64,000 bases of DNA from Promethearchaeia archaeon. Its GTDB lineage: Archaea; Asgardarchaeota; Lokiarchaeia; Sigyniarchaeales; SOKP01. Each line of letters starts with the position of its first letter. Within the stretch, counting starts at the first letter, position 1. This document shows positions 17,542-26,380 of this stretch, one piece after another. The notes under the pieces are model-generated. The model was not told where the DNA came from. It made no database searches and saw only the letters and a program-made list of their open reading frames with translations. Location of the stretch: assembly GCA_029856125.1 (NCBI GenBank), contig JAHQWJ010000120.1:32001-96000 (forward strand), given 5' to 3'. A program made the position numbers and the translations under genes.

Positions 17542-18630
17542 ATGTCGAAACCAGAGAGAAATGTTATACCGTTTGAAGATATCCTAGCAAGAGACGGGAA
17601 AAGTAACGTATTGTTCCTTAACTACGATAACGAAGCTTTTATGAACACTGGTATCCAAGAATCAGGAGCAACTCCGCCTTATGCTTCAACAACGACTGGC
17701 CCGGGAGGAGAGAAAATACCTGGAAAAGTAGGTGTTAAGCAAGATCTGGTCACTCCCTTTGCTTTTTTCGGCACAAAATCTCTGTTCTTAGCCACTGCTA
17801 ATCCCGCTTATCCCGCAGACTTCATGGGAAAATTCGCTGATGCGATGAAATCAAATGGATCTGCTTTCATTCAAACGTATTCAGATTGCATGCGAGGATG
17901 GCGCCATGCCGCCGAAGACGCCGTGAAAATTTCAAAACTAGCTACGGATTGTGGGTATTGGCCTCTTTATACGATAAGAGTCAAAGACGGAATACCAACA
18001 TTTTCTTATTATCGCGGATTAGATATTGACAAAGAAAAATTCGTAGAATATCTTAAATCTATGGGCAAATTCAAGCATTTATTTAAACCGAGATTCATGG
18101 AAAAAGAAATTGACGAGATAATTTATTTAACAGAACAACGAAATCTCAAACTAAAAAAACTTATTGAAACATTCGGAGCTGAAAAACCTATAGACTTCTA
18201 TAAAGTTAATCGAAGAACCTTAAAGCCTCAAACGCATCTGCACCCGGGGCACGGATTATGTCCCGGTTGCGGTGCTGGAATGGTATTAAATCAAATGGCA
18301 ACTGTAGCCACTGCTGTCGCTGGAAACAATATTATATATGTAAACAATACCAGCTGTGCTGAAGTCTCTACTTCCAAAGATTTTGTAACCTCGTGGAAAG
18401 TTCCTTGGGTTCACCACTTATTTGAAAGCGGAGCTACTATAGCAGAAGGAATAAGTACCACCTATAAAATCTTAAAAGCTAAGGGACGATTTAGTGGAGA
18501 AGTACCGTATGTTATACACATTGCCGGGGATGGTTCTACCTACGATATCGGATTTCAATTTCTCAAAGCTGCTCTCATCCGAACAAGCTCTTTCGTTGAA
18601 ATGAATGAATATTTATCAAGTCAGAAATAA
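17542..18630 (+). CDS. porB: 2-oxoacid:ferredoxin oxidoreductase beta (TPP-binding) subunit, circularly permuted
   Basis: All PorB motifs are present but the halves are swapped: DNEAFMNTGIQ (aa 29-39), C116 and WPLY come before GHGLCPGCG (aa 236-244), NTSC272, HLFE and GDG (aa 329-331). Confidence 0.92.
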   Translation: MSKPERNVIPFEDILARDGKSNVLFLNYDNEAFMNTGIQESGATPPYASTTTGPGGEKIPGKVGVKQDLVTPFAFFGTKSLFLATANPAYPADFMGKFADAMKSNGSAFIQTYSDCMRGWRHAAEDAVKISKLATDCGYWPLYTIRVKDGIPTFSYYRGLDIDKEKFVEYLKSMGKFKHLFKPRFMEKEIDEIIYLTEQRNLKLKKLIETFGAEKPIDFYKVNRRTLKPQTHLHPGHGLCPGCGAGMVLNQMATVATAVAGNNIIYVNNTSCAEVSTSKDFVTSWKVPWVHHLFESGATIAEGISTTYKILKAKGRFSGEVPYVIHIAGDGSTYDIGFQFLKAALIRTSSFVEMNEYLSSQK

Positions 18631-18652
18631 TTTTATTTTTTTCTCTTCTTTT
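18631..18652 (+). terminator. Oligo-T tract after the por operon
   Basis: ttttattttttt ctcttctttt directly after the porB stop. Confidence 0.5.
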
Positions 18653-18797
18653 ATTATCAACTATATACAAAACTATTTTCAGATGTGTTTACTGATAAGT
18701 CTAAATTCTCTGAATTTAGGTAATATTTTTTTGCATACCATTATTCTACTCACTAATAGTAATCTTTTATTTTAATTTAATTAGTTTTAGCAGATAA

Positions 18798-19958
18798 ATG
18801 GTCTTAACAAAACGAGAACGTGTATTCAAAGCCCTCGAGCTTGATGGCGAACCGGATATGGTTCCTATACATTTATTTGGTTTTGAGCAAACAGGGCTTT
18901 CCTTCCAAGCTTTTAAAGAATCAGAAGAAAGGAAAAAATATCATAGTTCCGTAAAAAATACGAAATCTAAAGTTAAATACTATATTACAGAACAACGCTT
19001 TTGGAACGCCGATCTTTATGGAATGGACCCATTTGGGGAAAATAAAATAAAAGTGAGATATGAAAACGCACCTCCTGAATACGCTGGCTGTCGGCTTAAT
19101 AGGATGGACGGCAGATTATACAGAACTGTGAAGCAAGTTAATACAGGTTTGGAATATGCTTGGTATGTTGGAGGTTATTTTACAAATCCGGAGATCTTGC
19201 ATTCTTATTGGGATCAGTATGGAAAACCCACTGAATTGATCAACGATAGGGTTAAATATTCGACTCAAACATGGGAAGGATTTGTCGAAGCCCTTGCGCC
19301 TTATTTCTATCCAATGGCAAATTTGCCATTAAATCCCTCCGAAGTTTTAATTGGGGGGCTTTCTTTTACTCGTTTTTCTTATTATTTGCGCAAAAACCCC
19401 AAATTTATTCACGAAATTATGGACGAGTACACTAAGGTTAATATTGAAATAATTAAACGATTAGCTGAAGTAGGCGTTGATATAGTTATGTTTGGAGATG
19501 ATTTGGGTTATAAAGATAATGGATTCTTTTCTATGAAAGTTTTTCGAGAATTTATCCTTCCATATCACAAAAGAATTTACAACACATGCAAAAAAAGGGG
19601 TGTGTTAGTTGTACTCCATTCTTGTGGAAAAGTTGATCAATATTTACCTGATTTAGTTGATGCTGGTCTTAACTGCATTCAATCTTTAGAAGCAACAGCA
19701 GGAGTTGACTTGGCAGGATTAAAAGAATCGCTAGGAGATCGTTTGTGTTTTATGGGTGGATTGGACTCCTCAGGGGTTTTAACACATGGAACTCCCGAAG
19801 ATACGTACGAAAATGTAAGGAGTACAATAAAGGAGACTGGAAAAGGCGGCGGTTTTTTCGTAGGACCTAGTCACGACATCTTAAATATGCCGTGGGAGAA
19901 TGTTTTAGCAATGAGAGCTGCTATTGAGAAGTATCGTAAATACCCTTTAAAAGTTTAA
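18798..19958 (+). CDS. UroD/MtaA-like (URO-D superfamily) protein
   Basis: GDDLG, LHSCG, FMGGLD, GTPE, GGGFFVGPSH. Confidence 0.88.
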   Translation: MVLTKRERVFKALELDGEPDMVPIHLFGFEQTGLSFQAFKESEERKKYHSSVKNTKSKVKYYITEQRFWNADLYGMDPFGENKIKVRYENAPPEYAGCRLNRMDGRLYRTVKQVNTGLEYAWYVGGYFTNPEILHSYWDQYGKPTELINDRVKYSTQTWEGFVEALAPYFYPMANLPLNPSEVLIGGLSFTRFSYYLRKNPKFIHEIMDEYTKVNIEIIKRLAEVGVDIVMFGDDLGYKDNGFFSMKVFREFILPYHKRIYNTCKKRGVLVVLHSCGKVDQYLPDLVDAGLNCIQSLEATAGVDLAGLKESLGDRLCFMGGLDSSGVLTHGTPEDTYENVRSTIKETGKGGGFFVGPSHDILNMPWENVLAMRAAIEKYRKYPLKV

Positions 19959-19984
19959 AAAGCGAGTATAATATTGTAACGAAT

Positions 19985-21241
19985 TTAGTAATGCCAATTA
20001 CTTGAAAATATATTATTGATCTCTTTAAGAATATCCTTTCGATACTTGTTTTCTAATTCCAATTTTTTAGAAAGCAAAAAATTATTTAACTTCTCCTTGG
20101 TAATTTTATTCTCTCCTTGTTCTTTTAACCAATTTGTTGCTTCATGTATGAATTCACCCTCACGACCTCCGATAAAGTTAGGTAAATATTGGTTTGTGAT
20201 ATATTCCGATCGGTAAAAGGTCCGTACATATAATCCTTTAGGATCCAGATTTTTATAGAGGTGTGAAACATTTTCCGGTGCAGAATCAATTACTAGGTTT
20301 TTTCCTGCTTCTTGAATTTTTTTGTAAAGAGGTATCCAATCATTCGAGCCCATGGATGCATTCCCTGCGCCTGGAACCCATTGGATTCCTGTTATGCTGG
20401 GTTCCTTCAATAGATAATCTAAATGTGGTAAAGCGTTTGGTCCGTCTAGATGATAGATTGCGTAATCCATGTGGTTAGCTTGCTCTACGAGATCTGGCAA
20501 CACAAATTCTTTAAACCATTTAGGATTCAGCATCGCACAAAAATCGCTCTGTAACGCATACCATCGTTTTTTACCCCAAACTCCCAACCAACAAGTACAC
20601 CCATCACAATATTGTTCAATAATTTTCTGTAAATCATCGTACACTCTTAATAATTTCTCTAGAATAATAGATCGACTTGTATCTATAACTTCAGGCTTTC
20701 TTTTCATGGTTAGAATTATGTTGGTTGGTCCTAAGAACGATGAAAGTATATCCAAAACACCACCAATATCAGTCATCGATATTAAGTAGTTCTTTCCCGC
20801 TCTCTTCGCAGCAGTTTCAGTTATTCTGAGTAATCTCGAATACCATTCGTTGTTTTGATTTAGCTTAATACTTTCCAAGTGTTCTATGATATCTTCTGGT
20901 TTTGTTGGGCGACTAAACCATACAGTTCCCGTTTTAAATTGGGGTTTTACTCCAAAGACAGCAGCCATAATTCCTGGTCCATAATTGGGAAAATAAAAAG
21001 GAAACGATTCTCCTCCAAAATAGGTTTCCCCTGCTCGTTTTTCATATCCATCCAGTGCATCATCAATGTCCTCATAGTTTTTAGCTAAGGTCCAATCTTC
21101 ACCTACGGTATCTAAAAATACTCCAAGTTTTCCTCTTTTTTTTGGATAATAATAGCTTAGAACTGGACGATCGATGATTTCGTGATCCCACCATGCGTTC
21201 ATTCGCTCCTTTGCTTCATCAATATCCCCTTTATATTCCAT
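19985..21241 (-). CDS. Divergent URO-D/methyltransferase-superfamily TIM-barrel protein
   Basis: AWW.HEIIDRP, NYGPG..AA.FG, LQSDFCAML.P..FKEFVLP, YHLDGP.AL.HLD, IQWVPGAG; ATG at 21241 preferred over TTG at 21265. Confidence 0.75.
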   Translation of the reverse strand: MEYKGDIDEAKERMNAWWDHEIIDRPVLSYYYPKKRGKLGVFLDTVGEDWTLAKNYEDIDDALDGYEKRAGETYFGGESFPFYFPNYGPGIMAAVFGVKPQFKTGTVWFSRPTKPEDIIEHLESIKLNQNNEWYSRLLRITETAAKRAGKNYLISMTDIGGVLDILSSFLGPTNIILTMKRKPEVIDTSRSIILEKLLRVYDDLQKIIEQYCDGCTCWLGVWGKKRWYALQSDFCAMLNPKWFKEFVLPDLVEQANHMDYAIYHLDGPNALPHLDYLLKEPSITGIQWVPGAGNASMGSNDWIPLYKKIQEAGKNLVIDSAPENVSHLYKNLDPKGLYVRTFYRSEYITNQYLPNFIGGREGEFIHEATNWLKEQGENKITKEKLNNFLLSKKLELENKYRKDILKEINNIFSSNWHY

Positions 21242-21399
21242 AAAAAAAAGATTAAAACAAATCAAATTAATTTTTACATTTTACAAATTTGAGTTTAATG
21301 AATCTTTTCTAAAGATAACTTTGAGGTTCAATCTTGTTTGGCTAATCCGAAATTTTTAAGATAATTCTGGAATTATATAACATTATTCGAGGAATTAAA

Positions 21400-24156
21400 A
21401 TGACAAGCGAATTAACGAAAATTTACGATCATAGCGTAATTGAAAAAGAGTTATATGAATGGTGGGAGAAAGAAGGATTCTTTAGACCAGAGAAATCCAA
21501 AGAGTTAGGGCTCACTAACGAGGATTCTGAACGATATTGTATAACAATTCCTTTACCAAATGTAACTGGGCAACTTCACTTAGGACATGCAATTACTATC
21601 TCTTTAGAAGATTTAATGACCCGATACGAGCGCATGCGCCATAAAGAAACTCTTTACATACCAGGTACAGATCACGCTGGCATTGCAACTCAAAATGTCG
21701 TCGAACGTGAACTTTTGAAGCAAGGCATTAAACGCAAAGATTTAGGACGGGAAAAGTTTGTTGAAAAAGTTTGGGAATGGAAAGATAAGTATCAGAAACG
21801 AATTACGGAGCAATCAAAAAGTTTGGGGATTAGTAGTGATTGGACTCGAGAACATTTTACATTAGACCCTGATTTATCACGAGCAGTTCGCGAAGCATTT
21901 TATAGACTTTATAATAAGAAATTAATTTATCGTGGAGAATATCTAGTTAATTGGTGCCCTGGAAGGTGTGAGTCGGCAATTTCTGATCTCGAAACAGAAT
22001 CTATAGAAGAACAAGGGCAATTATGGTATATAAAATATCCAATTATTACCAATTCCTGGAATGGTCCTCAACATCCTTGGTCAAGTGGTAAGTGGGCGGA
22101 AGGCGTAACAGATTTTATTATTGTAGCAACAACTAGACCGGAAACATTATTAGGAGATAGTGCGATTGCAACAATAGGTTCACATCCAAAATACGCCAAA
22201 TATATTGGAAAGAAAGCAGTGTTACCAGCAGTTGGTCGTTTTATCCCAGTTATTGTAGACGAACATGTAGATCCCGAATTTGGAACAGGAGCCTTAAAGA
22301 TTACTCCCGCACACGATCCAAACGATTTTGAAATAGGACAAAAACATAATTTGGAGTTTATAAATATTTTTAGTGAGAATGCAGAGATATTACCTGGTTT
22401 CGTTGATTCTTATACTGGATTAGATAGATATGAGTGTCGAGAAGCTATAATTAAGGATTTGGAAAAAGAAGGGCTTTTGACTGAAATTGAACCATATAAT
22501 TACGCCATCGCACATTGCCAGAGATGTCACACTATAATTGAACCTCGTGTCTCAATTCAGTGGTTCGTGAGTACAAAAACACTTGCAGAAGCTGCAGTGG
22601 AAAAAGTACGCGCTGGGGAAACCAAAATCATTCCTTTCCGAGAAGAACAGCGATTCTTTCAATGGATGGAAAATATTCACGATTGGTGTATTTCACGTCA
22701 GCTCTGGTGGGGCCACAGAATCCCCGTCTGGTATTGTGACGATTGTGATGCTGAAATATGTCCTAAACCTGATGTAGATGCAGTCGAAACCTGTCCAAAA
22801 TGCGGTAGTTCCAAAGTTCATCAAGATGAAGATGTGTTAGATACTTGGTTTTCTAGCGGATTATGGCCGTTTTCGACTTTAGGATGGCCTAATGTTGATC
22901 ATCCAGACTTCAAAAGATTTTTCCCTACAGATACCAGAGAAACAGGTTATGACATCCTCTTTTTTTGGGTTGCTCGAGAATTGATGATGGGTATTGAATT
23001 GACAGGACAAGTACCCTATCATATGGTGTATTTACATGGTTTAATAAGGGATGAAAAAGGAAAGAAAATTAGTAAATCGATGGAAAATGTGGATCAATAC
23101 GATCCTTTAGTAATTATTAAGGAATTCGGAGCAGATTCTCTTCGTTACGTTCTCATCTCTAATAGTGTCCCTGGATTGGATACGAATTTGGACCCAAAAA
23201 ACATTGATGTTGCCCATAAATATTGTAATAAAATCTGGCAAGCGTCTCGCTACGTTTTAACAAACATTACTTCAGAAGAGAAAATTCCCAAAATCGATGA
23301 ACTCGAATTGGATAAGCTAAAATTTCCCGATAAATGGATTCTTTCTCGCTTGAACTCATTGATTAGAGATGTACAATCGTACATGGATAATTACGATTAC
23401 TTAAGGATGACAAGAGAAATAAAATCGTTTTTTTGGAGTGAATTTTGCGATTGGTACATTGAGATGAGCAAGATTTTTCTATACGATGAGAGTTATTCTG
23501 ACAAACATGTTCAGAAGGCGATACTCCTCCACGTATTAGAAACATTCTATAAATTATTACATCCTGTTATGCCGTTCATCACTGAAAAATTATGGCAAAC
23601 TCTTCCAGACAACCTTAAAACTACTCCCACAATAATGTATGCTCCTTGGCCAACAGCGCAAGAATCATTTATCGATCCAACCATAGAAAATAGTTTTCTC
23701 TTGATGGCAGATTTTGTTCGGGAGGTAAGATGGGTAAAACATGATTTTGGAATTCCCTTAAAAACACTTGTTCCATTACAAATTTCAATTGAAACTGAAG
23801 CTCATCGAGAATTGTTTGAATTATGTAGGAACGAATTAGTTAAAATGGCATTTATAGACGAAAATAAATTTATTATCGATAAAAAAATCGTCCCACCTCC
23901 TCAATCAGCCCGAATTGTGCTTAGTGGAATACCTGCATTTGTTCCCTTGTCTGGAATGATTGATCTTGAGAAGGAAAAAGCAAGAATCAACACATCGTTA
24001 GAAAAAGCCAGAAAAGAAGCAAATAAAATCGATAAAAAGCTTAAGAGTCAATTTTCCGAGAGAGCTCCAAAAGAATTAGTGGAAAAGGAAAGGCAAAACC
24101 TTGAAGAATTAAGGATTAAAATCGAACAACTTGAAGATCAATTAAAAATGCTCTAA
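21400..24156 (+). CDS. valS: Valine--tRNA ligase
   Basis: PNVTGQLHLGH, DHAGIATQ, ATTRPET, GTGALKITPAHD, DWCISRQLWWGH, DVLDTWFSS, KISKS, C-terminal coiled-coil arm. Confidence 0.98.
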   Translation: MTSELTKIYDHSVIEKELYEWWEKEGFFRPEKSKELGLTNEDSERYCITIPLPNVTGQLHLGHAITISLEDLMTRYERMRHKETLYIPGTDHAGIATQNVVERELLKQGIKRKDLGREKFVEKVWEWKDKYQKRITEQSKSLGISSDWTREHFTLDPDLSRAVREAFYRLYNKKLIYRGEYLVNWCPGRCESAISDLETESIEEQGQLWYIKYPIITNSWNGPQHPWSSGKWAEGVTDFIIVATTRPETLLGDSAIATIGSHPKYAKYIGKKAVLPAVGRFIPVIVDEHVDPEFGTGALKITPAHDPNDFEIGQKHNLEFINIFSENAEILPGFVDSYTGLDRYECREAIIKDLEKEGLLTEIEPYNYAIAHCQRCHTIIEPRVSIQWFVSTKTLAEAAVEKVRAGETKIIPFREEQRFFQWMENIHDWCISRQLWWGHRIPVWYCDDCDAEICPKPDVDAVETCPKCGSSKVHQDEDVLDTWFSSGLWPFSTLGWPNVDHPDFKRFFPTDTRETGYDILFFWVARELMMGIELTGQVPYHMVYLHGLIRDEKGKKISKSMENVDQYDPLVIIKEFGADSLRYVLISNSVPGLDTNLDPKNIDVAHKYCNKIWQASRYVLTNITSEEKIPKIDELELDKLKFPDKWILSRLNSLIRDVQSYMDNYDYLRMTREIKSFFWSEFCDWYIEMSKIFLYDESYSDKHVQKAILLHVLETFYKLLHPVMPFITEKLWQTLPDNLKTTPTIMYAPWPTAQESFIDPTIENSFLLMADFVREVRWVKHDFGIPLKTLVPLQISIETEAHRELFELCRNELVKMAFIDENKFIIDKKIVPPPQSARIVLSGIPAFVPLSGMIDLEKEKARINTSLEKARKEANKIDKKLKSQFSERAPKELVEKERQNLEELRIKIEQLEDQLKML

Positions 24157-25067
24157 CTTCTCTTATAAAAGGGTTGATCCTTGATCTCTGGAATTTTTAT
24201 CTGAGGAGCGTTTTCTCTTATATATTTAATAGATTTTATTGTATCATCTTTAGGTAATTCAAAGACAACAGGACCATCAAAATTCTTCTGATGGATTATA
24301 TTTAGAAATTCGGGGGGAAAATTCTTTCCAGCCCCTAAAGCTGCATGATCGGAAAACAAATTGTCCCCGTCGTAGTCTTGTAGGTGAATTTCGGCTGTTA
24401 TATCCAAATATTTTTCTGTAATTTCGAGGAGATCGTGATTTCCTGAGAATCCACCAAGCACATGTGCAGTATCTAAACATAGTTTTGTCTTCACTTTTTC
24501 AATAATTTTAATTGTAGCTTCTAAAGGAAATACAATATTTTCTATCGCGATTTTGCTTCTTTTTACACCAGTTTCTTCTATGAATCTCTCAATGCTTTCT
24601 ATAGCATTAATGCTAAATAATTCTGATGTAATTTGTTTAATCTGAGGGCTTTCGATAAATCCCATAACACTTGCAACCGTTTCACCAGTGGGATGCAAGA
24701 CATAGACATCTACATCGTCCTCTAATTCTATAATAGAATTGTAGGCATCTATTAAAGAATTAACACTTCCTTCACATATGAATTTATTTGGACCCCCAAG
24801 ATCTAAGCTTAAAAAAGGAAGATGTGCGGAATAGGTAATGTCGTATTCATTTTTGATTTCTTTTAATATTTTAATTTGATTCCTATCCATTGTAATTGGA
24901 AAAATCTGAAACAAATCCAACTGGATCTCAAAATGTTGATATCCTGCAGTTGCTGCGTTTTTAACGATATCAGAAAATTGGAAATCTGATAACCCTTTCA
25001 AACCTTTTTTAGCAAGGATTCCATCAATTAATAGATCATAAGTCAAAGGTGAAATTCCAAATCTCAT
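24153..25067 (-). CDS. AP-endonuclease-2/xylose-isomerase-like TIM-barrel metalloenzyme (possibly CbiR-like)
   Basis: SAHLP, VLHP, IAIEN, LCLDTAH, IHLQD, DH.ALG.G, VVFE; overlaps the valS stop by 4 nt. Confidence 0.8.
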   Translation of the reverse strand: MRFGISPLTYDLLIDGILAKKGLKGLSDFQFSDIVKNAATAGYQHFEIQLDLFQIFPITMDRNQIKILKEIKNEYDITYSAHLPFLSLDLGGPNKFICEGSVNSLIDAYNSIIELEDDVDVYVLHPTGETVASVMGFIESPQIKQITSELFSINAIESIERFIEETGVKRSKIAIENIVFPLEATIKIIEKVKTKLCLDTAHVLGGFSGNHDLLEITEKYLDITAEIHLQDYDGDNLFSDHAALGAGKNFPPEFLNIIHQKNFDGPVVFELPKDDTIKSIKYIRENAPQIKIPEIKDQPFYKRS

Positions 25068-25175
25068 ACTATAAAGTCAACAATTTTATACAATTTTATA
25101 TAATTGGTTAAAAGGGGCTTAGTTTTTAAATTTTAATTTCTTTCTTTCATCATCGTATAAACATAAACTTTTATC

Positions 25176-26351
25176 ATGACATTATCAAAAAGAGAACGAG
25201 TGATTAGGACATTAGAACTCGATGACAATATTGATATGCTCCCCGTTCATTATCTGGGTTTTGAATTTACTGCTAGTTCTTATCAAAAATTTCTAAAAAC
25301 TGAAGAATACAACAATAATAAAACCTTCATTGAAAATGATTTCTCTAAGGTAAAATATTGTTGGGCAGGAGATATTACTGAATTACGATTCTGGAATGTT
25401 GATTGCCATTCCATGGATCCATGGGGTCCTAAAAAATATAAAGAACCTACTAAACGTGCTCCCCCTGAATATCCAGATTGTATGATCAGTGCGCTTAATG
25501 GATGTGTGTGGAAACTGGTTAAACAAGTTGATACGGGTTTAGCTTACCTGTGGTATGTAGATGGACATTTTCGAACTCCAGAAATAGTTCACTATTATTG
25601 GGATAAATATGGAAAACCTTCAGAGCAGGTTAATGACAAGCTTAATTATACGCCTCAAATCTGGGATGGGTATGTAGATTCTCTAAAAAAGTATTTATAT
25701 CCGATGGCGTTCGTACCAGTGGCTATTCATGAGGCTCTATTTGAAGGGATGACAATGGGCCGTGTAGCCTATTATATGCGAAAAAATCCCCAATTTATCC
25801 ACGAGGTTCTTAGCGAGTATACTAAATTAAATATCGAAGTTATCAAACGTTTTCATGAAGCTGGAGTAGATATCGTTTTTTATTCAGACGATTTAGGTTT
25901 TAAAGGGCGCTCAATTTTATCAATTGATCAATTTAAGAAATTTATTTTACCTTATTATAAAAAGTTTTATAGCGCTTGTAAGCAACGAGGTATGTTTATC
26001 GTTCAACACTCTTGTGGCTATATTGATAAAAACTTACCATATATGGCAGAAGCAGGACTTAATTGTATTCAAGCACTTGAACCTGCTGCAGGTGTCGATT
26101 TGGCCAATTTAAAGCAAACTCTTGGTGATAAATTAAGTTTTATGGGAGGAATCGATTCAAGTCGGATTCTTAATTTTGGAACGCCAGACGATATTGTACA
26201 GGAGGTAAAACGCTGCGTGAAATCCGCAGGATTTAATGGTGGTTATTTTGTTGGTCCTAGCCATAATATTTTAACTACTTCTTGGGAAAATATTGTAGTA
26301 TTACGAGATGCAATTGAAAAATATAGAAAATATCCGTTAAATCTGAATTAA
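25176..26351 (+). CDS. UroD/MtaA-like protein, paralog of 18798..19958
   Basis: SDDLG, QHSCG, GGID, GGYFVGPSH; shares LSKRERV...LELD, KQV.TGL.Y.WYV.G.F and IEKYRKYPL with 18798. Confidence 0.88.
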   Translation: MTLSKRERVIRTLELDDNIDMLPVHYLGFEFTASSYQKFLKTEEYNNNKTFIENDFSKVKYCWAGDITELRFWNVDCHSMDPWGPKKYKEPTKRAPPEYPDCMISALNGCVWKLVKQVDTGLAYLWYVDGHFRTPEIVHYYWDKYGKPSEQVNDKLNYTPQIWDGYVDSLKKYLYPMAFVPVAIHEALFEGMTMGRVAYYMRKNPQFIHEVLSEYTKLNIEVIKRFHEAGVDIVFYSDDLGFKGRSILSIDQFKKFILPYYKKFYSACKQRGMFIVQHSCGYIDKNLPYMAEAGLNCIQALEPAAGVDLANLKQTLGDKLSFMGGIDSSRILNFGTPDDIVQEVKRCVKSAGFNGGYFVGPSHNILTTSWENIVVLRDAIEKYRKYPLNLN

Positions 26352-26380
26352 AAACCATCCGCAAACTAGAAGTAAGTTCC

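Noticed and set aside
17542-18630. porB as two fused pseudogene fragments, or as a BHB-spliced or circular mRNA
   Set aside because: Single uninterrupted ORF with all ligands, an RBS and a terminator; I could not find convincing complementarity between the two ends to form a bulge-helix-bulge
21400-24156. Intein in valS
   Set aside because: Length (918 aa) is normal, with no C/S...HN splice motifs or LAGLIDADG domain
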